Numbered from the stretch's first letter, positions 48,444 to 57,680 are shown. The stretch: 64,000 bases of DNA from an uncultured Acidobacteriota bacterium (GCA_963813155.1 CAWEYG010000001.1:640001-704000); one strand, 5' to 3'. Numbers and translations are program-made. Notes: generated by a model from the letters alone, not told the origin.

Positions 48444-49976
48444 TCAGCGCGGCCCGGGAAGGACGATCGGCGCGGGCAAGGGCACCGGCTCGATTCCGAA
48501 GCTCGACGTCGTCCCGTTGAAGAATCCCTGCGCCTTCTGCCAGACGAGCGCCCCCACCTGCCGGCCGATCTCGCGGCCCCGCAGATCGCCGTCTCGGAAG
48601 TGGATCCCGCCCCAGCGCCGCGACATCCCCGCCGCATCCGCCGCGTCGGAGAACGTCGCGAACGAAAGCGTCACATCGTTCACCGGTCCGCACCCCGGCT
48701 CTCCTCGGAACGTGTCCTTCGGAATCGTGACTGAAACGCCGAGCGTGTCGTTGCCGGTGAACGAGCTCAGAACCTGCGCTCCCGCCGCGGAATAAATGCT
48801 GTGCCCGGAAAAGTACTCCGGAAACGGAGGCGTCACGATCGTCGCGAGCTGGTACGGCCGCCACTGAGAGGCTGGAATCGTCTGGGTGCCCTCGCAGGGC
48901 CCTGCCCACGCGGAGATGTTTCCGAGCACACCGACGGTAAAGAGGTAGTGAATCGCCGTGATGGGCCGGACCGAATCGTATTCCCGCTTCGCGTCCCACG
49001 CGGCGATCGACGCGTCGAGGAGGGCGTTGCCGAGCGCGAAGAACATCTTCACGTCCTGGGAAATCGTGTGCGCGTCGCGGCGCGAGACGTAGCCGGCGAA
49101 CAGGCACCAGTGCCCGGGGGGGAATTCCGACGACGGACCGTCCGCGAAATACTCGGCCGTCGCCTTCTGCTCGTCGGTCAACCCTGCCGACAGGTTGATG
49201 AGCTCGATCGCCTGCGCCAGATAGGCGGCGTGGTCGGTGGAGGAATATTGCGCCGGGGGCCCCGGGCGAAATTCGTCCCCGCTCGAAAGCGCGAACGGCG
49301 TGACGAGGCCCCACTGCGGCGTCGTATATTTCTGGACGACGGAGCCGCCGTTTCCGTCGGAGACCAGGAGCGGTTGCCAGCGGTTCGGATCCACGACCGC
49401 GCCGGGTTCCGGCGGATTGACGGCGACGTACCCCGTGTAGTCCGAATACGCGCCCGGGTGCAGGTCGCCGAGCTGGTTGGAGCCGTCCCCGTGCCGGTAC
49501 TCGAGCACCGCGTCGGCCGCCGTGTTCCCGATTCCGTCGGGAGACTGAAGATCGCGCGACGAGTCCTCGCGGTCGTAGCCGAGCGATCCCATCAGCGCGT
49601 CGAACTCCGAAGCCTGCGCGGGGAAGAGGTCGACGAGCGCCCGGTATGCCGCGAAGCTCAGCGCCTCTGCGCGATTCGCGTCGGTCCGCTCCTCCGCGGG
49701 CCGCCGCCATGCCCGGTGCGGACGCGTCGGGACCGCGACGTCGTCGTACGCCGCCCACGCGTCGAAGATCGCCGAGTGGAGAACGGCGATCGACCGCGCG
49801 ACGATGGTCGGGCCCGGCTTCGTCTCGCGAACCGCCTGCAGCAGCGCCTCGTTCCACTTCAGAACGGCATTGTCGCCCGGTTGCGGTCCAAGGTTCGTTG
49901 CGCCCCGGAGAGGGACGAGGAACGCGGTCAACGAGAGGATCGAGAGCGGAAGAGCGCGGAATTTCTTGAGTGGCAT
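48444..49976 (-). CDS. Secreted vanadium-dependent haloperoxidase / PAP2-superfamily protein
   Basis: Signal peptide; vanadate/phosphate site motifs KREYDSVRP, PPFPEYFSGHS, SRRWGGIHF. Confidence 0.85.
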   Translation of the reverse strand: MPLKKFRALPLSILSLTAFLVPLRGATNLGPQPGDNAVLKWNEALLQAVRETKPGPTIVARSIAVLHSAIFDAWAAYDDVAVPTRPHRAWRRPAEERTDANRAEALSFAAYRALVDLFPAQASEFDALMGSLGYDREDSSRDLQSPDGIGNTAADAVLEYRHGDGSNQLGDLHPGAYSDYTGYVAVNPPEPGAVVDPNRWQPLLVSDGNGGSVVQKYTTPQWGLVTPFALSSGDEFRPGPPAQYSSTDHAAYLAQAIELINLSAGLTDEQKATAEYFADGPSSEFPPGHWCLFAGYVSRRDAHTISQDVKMFFALGNALLDASIAAWDAKREYDSVRPITAIHYLFTVGVLGNISAWAGPCEGTQTIPASQWRPYQLATIVTPPFPEYFSGHSIYSAAGAQVLSSFTGNDTLGVSVTIPKDTFRGEPGCGPVNDVTLSFATFSDAADAAGMSRRWGGIHFRDGDLRGREIGRQVGALVWQKAQGFFNGTTSSFGIEPVPLPAPIVLPGPR

Positions 49977-50047
49977 CAATGTTTTACCTTTCAAGCCATC
50001 GGAAGTATAGGATAGACTTCTTATCTCCCGGTTCAAGAGGAGGCCCC

Positions 50048-51175
50048 ATGGCGACTGCGGATCCGATTCCGGTTCCTCGGAAGAAGGACTGGATCAACAT
50101 TTCGTTCCTGACCCTGACACCGATCATCGGAGTCGTGGGGACGGCGCTGTACACCTGGAAGTACGGATTCGAGCTGTGGATGCCGATCCTGTGCGTCGGG
50201 ATGTTCGTCGTCGTCGGTCTTTCGGTCTGCGCCGGCTACCACCGGTTCTTCTCGCACAAGAGCTATGAGTGCAGCCCGGCCGTTCAGGCCCTGTACGCTT
50301 TCTTCGGAGCGATGGCCGCGCAGAACTCGATCCTCTGCTGGGCTTCGGACCACCGCGTCCACCACCACTACGTCGATCGCGACTGGGATCCGTACAACAT
50401 CCGGCGCGGCTTCTGGTGGGCGCACTTCTTCTGGATCTTCTACAAAGCGCCCGACGGGAGAACGCGGGACAACGTCGCCGATCTTCAAAAGAATCCCGTC
50501 GTCATGTGGCAGTACCGCTGGAACAAGTTCCTCACCCTGCTCGGCGTCTTCGGCATTCCGCTCGGCGTGGGCTTCCTCTTCGGGAGACCCGTGGCCGGCC
50601 TGCTGTGGGGAGGGTTCCTGAGAATCGCGCTGACGCATCACTCGACGTTTCTCGTCAACTCGATGGCCCACAGCGTCGGCAAACCCACGTTCGCCGCCGA
50701 AGTGTCCGCCCGGGACAACTGGGTCCTCGCCCTCGCGACGTTCGGAGAGGGGTACCACAGCTTTCATCACAAATTTCCGGCGGATTTCCGCAACGGGGTC
50801 CGCTGGTACGACTGGGACCCCGCGAAGTGGCTCATCTGGGCGCTGCGGTCCGTCGGGCTCGCGACGAAGCTCCGGAGCACGGCCGCTCCGGTCGTCGAGC
50901 AGGCGCGGATGCACGCGGCCGTACAGAAGCTCGAACACAAACTCGACGCAATTCCCACCAATCTCGGGGACGAGATCCGTGCAAGAATCATGCGCGCGAA
51001 GGAATCCGTCGAGCACGCGGTCGCTCTCTGGAAGCAGCACACGGAAGAGCGAGCATCGGGAGCGTCGAAGACCTGGCGCGAAACCCGCCGCAAGTGCCAG
51101 GCGCGACTGAGGCAGGCGCGAGTCGAATGGCGCGAGGCCGTCGACATGCTCGCGGGGCTTCCCGAAGCCGCCTAG
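50048..51175 (+). CDS. Delta-9-type membrane fatty acid (acyl-CoA) desaturase
   Basis: His boxes GYHRFFSH, HRVHH and GEGYHSFHH; C-terminal helical extension. Confidence 0.93.
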   Translation: MATADPIPVPRKKDWINISFLTLTPIIGVVGTALYTWKYGFELWMPILCVGMFVVVGLSVCAGYHRFFSHKSYECSPAVQALYAFFGAMAAQNSILCWASDHRVHHHYVDRDWDPYNIRRGFWWAHFFWIFYKAPDGRTRDNVADLQKNPVVMWQYRWNKFLTLLGVFGIPLGVGFLFGRPVAGLLWGGFLRIALTHHSTFLVNSMAHSVGKPTFAAEVSARDNWVLALATFGEGYHSFHHKFPADFRNGVRWYDWDPAKWLIWALRSVGLATKLRSTAAPVVEQARMHAAVQKLEHKLDAIPTNLGDEIRARIMRAKESVEHAVALWKQHTEERASGASKTWRETRRKCQARLRQARVEWREAVDMLAGLPEAA

Positions 51176-51220
51176 ACGGCGGCGCCGAAGCCGCCTGAAC
51201 GGCGGCGCGGGAGCCGCCGA
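51162..51220. terminator. Tandem 23-bp hairpin repeats between convergent genes (putative bidirectional terminator)
   Basis: CCGAAGCCGCCTAGACGGCGGCG (51162-84), CCGAAGCCGCCTGAACGGCGGCG (51185-207) and a partial third unit. Confidence 0.55.
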
Positions 51221-51221
51221 G

Positions 51222-52433
51222 CTACCTTCCGAAGAGCTTCGCCAGGATCGCTCCGCTCTCCCGTAGCGATGTTCCGTAGAAGAATACCCAGCCGAGCATC
51301 ACGTACTGAAACGTGAGGGCAACCGAGGCCGCCCGGCCCGGCAGCCCGCGGGGAACGGCGGGCGCCCCCCGCCGAAAGCGGGTCCACCTCCAGTGCGCGA
51401 AGAGGCCGATCGCGTGCCACAGTCCCCAGGCCGCGAACGCGGCGTCGAGCCCGTGCCACAGGCCGATCGCGACCATCGTCACGGCCTGGCAGACGAAGAC
51501 CGCCGCCGTCTCCGGAAGCCCCGGAGACCGGCGTCGCAGGGCTCGTCCCAGCGGAAAGAACACGTAATCGCGCATCCAGCTCGACAGCGTGATGTGCCAG
51601 CTCTGCCAGAAGCGGGTGAGATTCCGCTGGAGGTAGGGAAACTCGAAGTTCTCCGGAATCGAGAAGCCGACGAGCTTCGCGGTCCCGATCGCGATGTCGG
51701 AGTAGCCCGCGAAATCGAAGAAAAGCTGAAAGCCGAAAACGTAGAGAGAGATCCACATCCGCGGAGTCGATAACCCGGCGTGCGGCAGGTCCAGGGGAAG
51801 GCCGCCGAGAAAGTCGGCGAGCGCGAACTTCTTGAAGATTCCGACGAGAACGCGGCGGCCGCCCTCCGCGATCTCGCCGAACTTCGGCTTCGGATAGTCC
51901 TCGTTGCGGCGGAAACTCGGAAAGCGGTCGATCGGACCCGCGACGAGCGTCGACGGAAACAGCACGTAGAGGAGCAGTTCGGAAAAGCGCATTTCGGGAA
52001 AACCGGGGCGCCGCGCTTCGACGAGAACGTGGATCAGCCGGAACAGAACGTAGGAGGCGCCGAGCCACGCTCCGAGCGAAAGCAGGTACTTGCCGGGAAT
52101 ATGGAGGGCCGCGTACGTCGCGCGCTGCAGCCCGGACCACTTCAGGCCCAGGAGAACGAGCAGCAGCGCGGCCACGCCGAGCCGGCAGTTCCGTTCGCGG
52201 CGCTTCGACGTCGCGGCCCGATAGACGGCGAAGACGAGGCCGATCGAGAGGAGAAAGAGCAGCGCCGAGAGGCGGCGCGCCGGAACGTGGCGCAGGGACA
52301 GGAGGACCCCCAGAACGACCGTCGCGCAGAGGAGGATCGCCCGCCGAGCGCCTGCGCCGCCCGCGAAAAAGTAGAGCGCCACCGCGGCTGTCGCCGCGAG
52401 CAGGACCGGCGCCGGCGAGCTGAAGACCTCCAT
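51222..52433 (-). CDS. MBOAT family O-acyltransferase (DltB/AlgI-like)
   Basis: AGPIDR, FDFAGYSDIAIG, PENFEFPY, FWQSWHITLSSW.RDY, catalytic GLWHG. Confidence 0.95.
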   Translation of the reverse strand: MEVFSSPAPVLLAATAAVALYFFAGGAGARRAILLCATVVLGVLLSLRHVPARRLSALLFLLSIGLVFAVYRAATSKRRERNCRLGVAALLLVLLGLKWSGLQRATYAALHIPGKYLLSLGAWLGASYVLFRLIHVLVEARRPGFPEMRFSELLLYVLFPSTLVAGPIDRFPSFRRNEDYPKPKFGEIAEGGRRVLVGIFKKFALADFLGGLPLDLPHAGLSTPRMWISLYVFGFQLFFDFAGYSDIAIGTAKLVGFSIPENFEFPYLQRNLTRFWQSWHITLSSWMRDYVFFPLGRALRRRSPGLPETAAVFVCQAVTMVAIGLWHGLDAAFAAWGLWHAIGLFAHWRWTRFRRGAPAVPRGLPGRAASVALTFQYVMLGWVFFYGTSLRESGAILAKLFGR

Positions 52434-52577
52434 TCAAAATGCCTGATAGATGAACGGGATTGGCTGGCCTCGCCAGAAGATCGCGATCGCCGCCAGCAGC
52501 AGAAAGAGCAGGAACGCCGCGACGTTCTCCCGACGCCACCACCGGACCGTTTCGGACGCCGGGGCCGCTTCGCTCAT
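52434..52577 (-). CDS. DltX-like 47-aa single-TM acyl-shuttle microprotein
   Basis: MSEAAPASETVRWWRRENVAAFLLFLLLAAIAIFWRGQPIPFIYQAF. ATGA overlap with the GT2 stop; its own stop abuts the MBOAT ATG; C-terminal FIYxxF. Confidence 0.85.
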   Translation of the reverse strand: MSEAAPASETVRWWRRENVAAFLLFLLLAAIAIFWRGQPIPFIYQAF

Positions 52578-53467
52578 CCCGCGATCTCCCGCGCGACAAT
52601 TCTTCTCCCGAAGAGGACGCGCCACGACGCCGCGAGCAATCCGAGAAAGAAAAACAACCTGCGCCGGCGGGCCCGGCCGTGCGCGACGGAGCGGCAGTAC
52701 TGCCAGTATTTCCGGCGCAGCGCCTCGCGCAATCGCCCTTTCGCGACCGCCCGGATCGTGAAAAAGAGCTCGTTCTTGTAAAACCCGAAATTGTCGTAGA
52801 TGTGGGTCTTCACCCGGCTTCCTCCGTACGGCGACGCGAGGTGGACGAGGACGGCCCGCGGCTCGTAATAGATCCGCTGGCCGGCCGCCGCCATCCGAAG
52901 CGAAAGGTCGCTCTCTTCCCGAAACGAATTTCCCCTGTAGCGCTCGTCGAACCCGCCGACTCTCAACGCGTCCTCCACGCGCAGCGCGCAATTGCCGCCC
53001 GGAAAGGCGTTCGTGAAACCGGGCTCGGTCGCGGTGAACATTCCGTGCGTGATCGCGAACTCGTCGAACCAGAGGACGTCCCTTCCAACGGGAAATCCCT
53101 CCTGCAGGACACGGCCTCCGACGGCGCTCAGCTCCGGGCGGCTGCGGAAGGATTCCAGAAAAATCTCCACCAGGTCATTGCTCATCTTCACGTCGTCGTC
53201 GACGAAAACGAGGTAAGGAGCCCGCGCGCGCCGCAGCGCAAAGTTGCGCGCCGCCGTCAGCGACGGAGGGCCCGTTCGAAAGTAGCGAAAACGACGATCC
53301 CGGATGCCGTCGAGGGCGAGCCGTGTCTCGTGCCGGTGCGACCGCGTTTGATCGACGACCAGGAGCTCGAGATTCCCGTGACTCTGGGCGAGCACGTCCC
53401 GGATCGTCGCGAGCAACTCTTCTTCACGGTTGTAGGTGGGAATCGCGACCGTGATGTCGGGATCCAT
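52574..53467 (-). CDS. Glycosyltransferase family 2
   Basis: ITVAIPTYNR, LVVDQ, ARN, FVDDD, GGFDE, EESDL..R. Confidence 0.92.
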   Translation of the reverse strand: MDPDITVAIPTYNREEELLATIRDVLAQSHGNLELLVVDQTRSHRHETRLALDGIRDRRFRYFRTGPPSLTAARNFALRRARAPYLVFVDDDVKMSNDLVEIFLESFRSRPELSAVGGRVLQEGFPVGRDVLWFDEFAITHGMFTATEPGFTNAFPGGNCALRVEDALRVGGFDERYRGNSFREESDLSLRMAAAGQRIYYEPRAVLVHLASPYGGSRVKTHIYDNFGFYKNELFFTIRAVAKGRLREALRRKYWQYCRSVAHGRARRRRLFFFLGLLAASWRVLFGRRIVAREIAG

Positions 53468-53473
53468 CGGCCG

Positions 53474-54749
53474 CTACAGCATCCTGCCGACAAGCGCCGC
53501 GAGCGTATCGGGCAGGGGCACGGACTCCTTCGTCGCATCATCGGCTTCTGCGCACGCGATGAGGACGCCCTGCAGCTCCGCGGCCGAGAATTTCGCGGCT
53601 CGCTGGTAGCACTTGTACCAGAGGTAGGGGCTCCCCTCCAGGAGAGACGAGGAAAAGGGCCCCACGGGCTCGGAGAGGCGCGGGTGAACCCGGGCCGTAT
53701 ACGTTCCGTACGTGATCGAGGGATCGATCTTCGTTCGCGTCTCGTCGCAGCGAGCCTTGACGATCAGGAGCCTTCGCACTTCCGAGAAGAACATGGAGAA
53801 AAATCCGCGGAGGGGATCGTCTCCTTTGAGCTCGCGATCCCCCGCCCGAAGGGCGCGGCCCGAAAGAACCCGGCCGAGCCGGTGGAAGGTCTCGGCGCGA
53901 TCGCGCCGTCCGAGAGAGTCGAAGAACGCGTACAGATCCTCGGAACGCCCGTCGGCGACGAGGGCCTCCACGTCGCCGGACGCGCACCTTTCCGCCCGAT
54001 TCCGCCCACGCGAGCACCTTTTCGAGCTCGGAGTCGAAGCGCCGGGGGTCGGCTTCGGTGAGCCGCAGAAGCGCCTCGACGGCGGCGGGATCGAGAGCCA
54101 CGTCCTTCTCCGCCGCGAGCTTCTTCGCCCGCGACGCGAGGAAACGGGCAAATTCCTCCGGCTTGGAGGAGACGTCGTTGATCGTGCCATGCTTTCGGAA
54201 AGCCTGATAGAGAGCGGAAGTTTTCGGGGGATCGACGGCGCGGGCGAGCAGAACCGTGCCCGCGAGACCTCTTTCGAGGTGCTCGAGCACGGCCGAAGCC
54301 GCGGGCGCCGCGTCGCCGATCGGTCCGGGGAGGGCCCGAAGGATCTCCAGCAGAGTCTCGGCCGCCTCGGGACGCCGCGCCTTCTGGGCCGCGGCCGCGG
54401 CGGCCTCCTCCGGCGAGCCCTGGATTCTCAGGGCGGAAAGCAGCGCGCGAGTCTTCTTGAACGCCTCCCGCCGGCCCGAAGGCGTGTCCTTGATCCACGC
54501 TTCGACGGCTTCCTCGACGAGCGAACCCGGAGACTCCCGGCCGAAGAGGCCCGAAAGGTCGGCTTCGACGAGCCGTTTCTCGGCGAAAAGGGAGCCGTGG
54601 GTGAGCGCGATCGGGAGCCGATCGGCAAGGTCCTCGTCGGAGATTCTCTCGACTTCAGTCTCCGGGGAGGCGAGCGATGCGCGGATTTCCTCGGCGGCTT
54701 CGTCCACGAAAAACTCGTGGCTGCCGGTCACGAGAATCGCCTGACTCAG
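53474..54749 (-). CDS. holA: DNA polymerase III delta subunit (indel near 53990; start approximate)
   Basis: ILVTGSHEFFVD, SLFAEKRLV, ELEKV, C-terminal AAKFS..EL...ADDATK; usual genomic context. Confidence 0.75.
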
Positions 54750-55135
54750 TCGAGGAGCCCTTTTTCCGACAGTTCCATGCAGTCGAGGCAATACGGCGTC
54801 CAGGGAACCGCTTCGAGGCGCTTCTCCATCAGCGGGCTCGAGCAGTGGGTACACGTGCCGTAGATGCCTTCATCGATCCGGACAAGAGCCTGCTCGATCA
54901 GCTGAACGAGTGTCCGTTCGGTGTCGCTCAGGGAAAAGAGGAATTCCTTCGTGTAGGAAGACGTCGCCTTGTCGGCGATGTCCTGCGTCGACTCGTCCGA
55001 GTTCTCCTGACCCGCGTCCTTGTTCTTGACGAGCTCCTGCGAAATCTCGTCTTTCTTCGCGAGGAGGGAGCGACGGTACTTTTCCACGTCTTTCTTCGAA
55101 ACCCGCACGCTGGATGACTTGGCAGAAGTTGGCAT
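54746..55135 (-). CDS. dksA: TraR/DksA C4 zinc-finger protein
   Basis: DIADKA coiled-coil tip, AL.RI..G.YG.CTHC...RLEAVPW..YCLDC. Confidence 0.85.
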   Translation of the reverse strand: MPTSAKSSSVRVSKKDVEKYRRSLLAKKDEISQELVKNKDAGQENSDESTQDIADKATSSYTKEFLFSLSDTERTLVQLIEQALVRIDEGIYGTCTHCSSPLMEKRLEAVPWTPYCLDCMELSEKGLLD

Positions 55136-55141
55136 TCCGAT

Positions 55142-55615
55142 TCACTCCTTTTCTGAGAACGGCAGATGATAGCGCAAGCCGGCCTGAATCGACAATGCCC
55201 GGTACACCTGCTCGACGAGGAGCAGGCGCGCCATCTGGTGGGGAAACGTCATTTTGGAGAGTGAGAGAACTTCGTCCGCCCGGGAGACCACCTCCGGCGA
55301 CAGTCCCGAGGCTCCTCCGACGAGAAAGGAGATCGGCCGGGGATCGCGATCACGATGGTTCGAAAGCATTGTTGCGAACTCGTCGGAGCTCTTCATGCGG
55401 CCTCTTTCGTCGAGCGCGACGACTCGTCCCCGAAGAGCCGCGAGAATTCGGGCGCCCTCCCGCTGTGCGGCGCGGTCGTCGCGGTCCCGCTCGGGGCGAA
55501 TGACGACCTCCTCCAGAGAGGCCCAACGCGAAAGCCGGCTCCAGTAACGCTCGATTCCTCGGGCGTATTCCCCGGCCTCCGACTTTCCCACCCAGACGAA
55601 GCGCAGGGCGAGCAC
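55142..55615 (-). CDS. rlmH: 23S rRNA m3Psi1915 methyltransferase
   Basis: LDERG, FLVGGASG, SLSKMTFPHQMARL...EQVYRA...YH. Confidence 0.95.
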   Translation of the reverse strand: MLALRFVWVGKSEAGEYARGIERYWSRLSRWASLEEVVIRPERDRDDRAAQREGARILAALRGRVVALDERGRMKSSDEFATMLSNHRDRDPRPISFLVGGASGLSPEVVSRADEVLSLSKMTFPHQMARLLLVEQVYRALSIQAGLRYHLPFSEKE

Positions 55616-55633
55616 GCGGAGGCGGGCGTCCGG

Positions 55634-56002
55634 TCAGACCGCTGACGCGAAGCGAAGCGTCTCGTCGCCCGCGTCGCCCCAGAGGCGCTCGAGAGCGTAG
55701 AACCGCCGCGCCTCGTCGAGGAAGACGTGGAAAACGACGTCGCCGTAGTCCAGGAGGATCCAGCGCGCCGAGGACCGCCCCTCGGCCGAAACGGGGCTCC
55801 GGTGAAGCGACTTCATCGCCGCCTCCACCGCATCGGCGACCGACTGCGAATGACGCTCGGACGTCGCCGAACAGATCACAAAGTAATCGGCGAACGACGA
55901 AATGTCGGAGAGGTTCAGAACGAGAAGATCGGCCGCTTTCTTTTCGAGTGCCGCCGAGACGACCTCCCGCACGACGGGGTGTGGGGATCCGGAACCCTTC
56001 AA
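55634..56002 (-). CDS. rsfS: Ribosome silencing factor
   Basis: KKA.D, ADYFVICS, WILLDYGDVVFHVF..EAR.FY.LERLWGDA. Confidence 0.95.
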   Translation of the reverse strand: MKGSGSPHPVVREVVSAALEKKAADLLVLNLSDISSFADYFVICSATSERHSQSVADAVEAAMKSLHRSPVSAEGRSSARWILLDYGDVVFHVFLDEARRFYALERLWGDAGDETLRFASAV

Positions 56003-56616
56003 CGCGGGCCGGCTCCGGGTGCGACGGTGTAAAGGCCTTGTTTGAAGATGTACTCCTCCACCGGCCCGGGGGTGAGCGCCGAGATCGATTCACCCCGGGA
56101 AACCGCGGCCCGCAGGTCGGTCGAGGAAATTGTCACGCGGACCGATCCGAAAATCAAGATCGAATTCTCCCGTCCCCTCCAAAAGGGTTGCTCCAGGATC
56201 GGTCCCGGCTCGAAGGGCTCCCGAACGAAAACGACGAGCCGCGCGAGGCGAAGGATTTCTTCCGGCTCGTGCCACCGGGGGAAGCTCTCCCAGGCGTCGC
56301 TTCCGAGCAGAAAATATCGCTCGTCGGAGGGATGGGCTTCGGCAAACTCCCGAAGCGTGTCGACGGTGAACGAAGGCTCGGGCCGGTCGAGCTCGCAGAA
56401 CGACAGCACGCTCCGCGGCCGGCCCGCCAGAGCGAGCGCGAGCATCGCGACCCGGTGGCGCGAATCCGCCGCGGCCGAGTCCTTTTTCCACGGAGACCGG
56501 CGATTCACGACGTAGTGAACCCGGTCGAGGCCGAGCGATTTCGCGACGAAGTCGATCGGGCGCAGATGTCCCTCGTGGACCGGATCGAACGTCCCGCCGA
56601 AGACTCCGATCTTCAC
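55999..56616 (-). CDS. nadD: Nicotinate-nucleotide adenylyltransferase
   Basis: GVFGGTFDPVHEGH, SFTVDTL, LLGSD, ISSTDLR. Confidence 0.95.
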   Translation of the reverse strand: MKIGVFGGTFDPVHEGHLRPIDFVAKSLGLDRVHYVVNRRSPWKKDSAAADSRHRVAMLALALAGRPRSVLSFCELDRPEPSFTVDTLREFAEAHPSDERYFLLGSDAWESFPRWHEPEEILRLARLVVFVREPFEPGPILEQPFWRGRENSILIFGSVRVTISSTDLRAAVSRGESISALTPGPVEEYIFKQGLYTVAPGAGPR

Positions 56617-57614
56617 GACTCGTGCCCGGTCCCCGGCTTCCCGATCCGAAAGAGAGCATGGACGAGATCGGTCAGCCCCGTTCCGGCAGCGGCCGAAACG
56701 GCGAAAAACGGAATTCCGCGGCGCCGGGCCGCCTCTTCGATCGAGGCCAGGCGGGCCGGGTCCGCCGAGTCGATCTTGCTCGCGACGAGAATCTGCGGAC
56801 GCGCGGCGATCTCGGGTGAAAAAGCCGCGAGCTCGCCCTCGACGGCCGCGATGTCGGTCCCGGCATCGCCCTCCTGCGACGAATCCACGAGATGGCACAG
56901 GGCGCGGCACCGCTCGACGTGCTTGAGGAAACGGATACCGAGGCCGGCTCCTTCGTGCGCTCCCCGGATCAACCCGGGGATGTCGGCCACGACGAGAGTG
57001 TCGTCGCCGCGGCGGACGACGCCCAGATTGGGAACGAGCGTCGTGAAGGGATAGTCGGCGATCTTCGGCTTCGCGGCCGAGATTACCGAAATCAGCGTCG
57101 ATTTCCCCGCGTTCGGGAGCCCGATGATCGCGACTTCCGCGAGCAGCTTGAGCTCGATCCCGAGCTTTCGGACCTGCCCGGGGAGGCCCGGTTTCGCGAA
57201 CCGCGGAGCCTGACGGGTCGACGTCGCAAAATGTTGATTTCCCCAGCCGCCGTTTCCGCCCTTGGCGATCAGAACGCGTTCGTCCGCTTGCGTGAGGTCG
57301 GCAAGGACCTCTCCCGAGTCCTCGTCGCGGACGATCGACCCTACCGGCAGGAGGATCTCCAGATCGTCGCCCCGTTTTCCATGGCAGTTGGACCCGAGAC
57401 CGTGCTCGCCGCGCCCGGCCCGGTAGTGCGTCTGGTGCCGAAGGGGATAGAGCGTGTTCAGCGATGCCGTCGAGCGGACGTACACGTCGCCGCCGTCGCC
57501 GCCGTCGCCGCCGGAAGGCCCGCCCCGCGGAACGAATTTCTCGCGCCGGAACGCGATACAACCGTTCCCCCCGTCTCCGGACGAGACCATGATCTGCGCT
57601 TCATCGATGAACAC
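56613..57614 (-). CDS. obgE: GTPase ObgE
   Basis: FRREKFVPRGGPSGGDGG, GLPNAGKST, DYPFTTL, DIPG, SKID. Confidence 0.97.
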   Translation of the reverse strand: MFIDEAQIMVSSGDGGNGCIAFRREKFVPRGGPSGGDGGDGGDVYVRSTASLNTLYPLRHQTHYRAGRGEHGLGSNCHGKRGDDLEILLPVGSIVRDEDSGEVLADLTQADERVLIAKGGNGGWGNQHFATSTRQAPRFAKPGLPGQVRKLGIELKLLAEVAIIGLPNAGKSTLISVISAAKPKIADYPFTTLVPNLGVVRRGDDTLVVADIPGLIRGAHEGAGLGIRFLKHVERCRALCHLVDSSQEGDAGTDIAAVEGELAAFSPEIAARPQILVASKIDSADPARLASIEEAARRRGIPFFAVSAAAGTGLTDLVHALFRIGKPGTGHES

Positions 57615-57628
57615 AAAACGACCTTATC

Positions 57629-57655
57629 AAAAGAAAAGCCCCGTCCTACGGGGCT
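57629..57655 (-). terminator. Rho-independent terminator/attenuator after rpmA
   Basis: Minus strand AGCCCCGT-AGG-ACGGGGCT followed by TTTCTTTT. Confidence 0.8.
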
Positions 57656-57680
57656 CTCCGAGTCTCTCCGAAAGAAGAAA

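Noticed and set aside
50002-50020. GAAGT-N9-ACTTC inverted repeat between haloperoxidase and desaturase as a DesT/FabR operator
   Set aside because: Only 5-bp arms, no match to known operators and no cognate regulator nearby.
600-54000. Frameshifts in ccmF, ABC genes, livK, ACAD, GT4, pstA/B/C, cNMP, CHAD, MBL and holA as programmed frameshifting or mass pseudogenisation
   Set aside because: They are isolated single-base indels, some in short homopolymers, with no shared slippery motif and no accumulated stops. They hit essential holA, so sequencing or assembly error is the simplest explanation.
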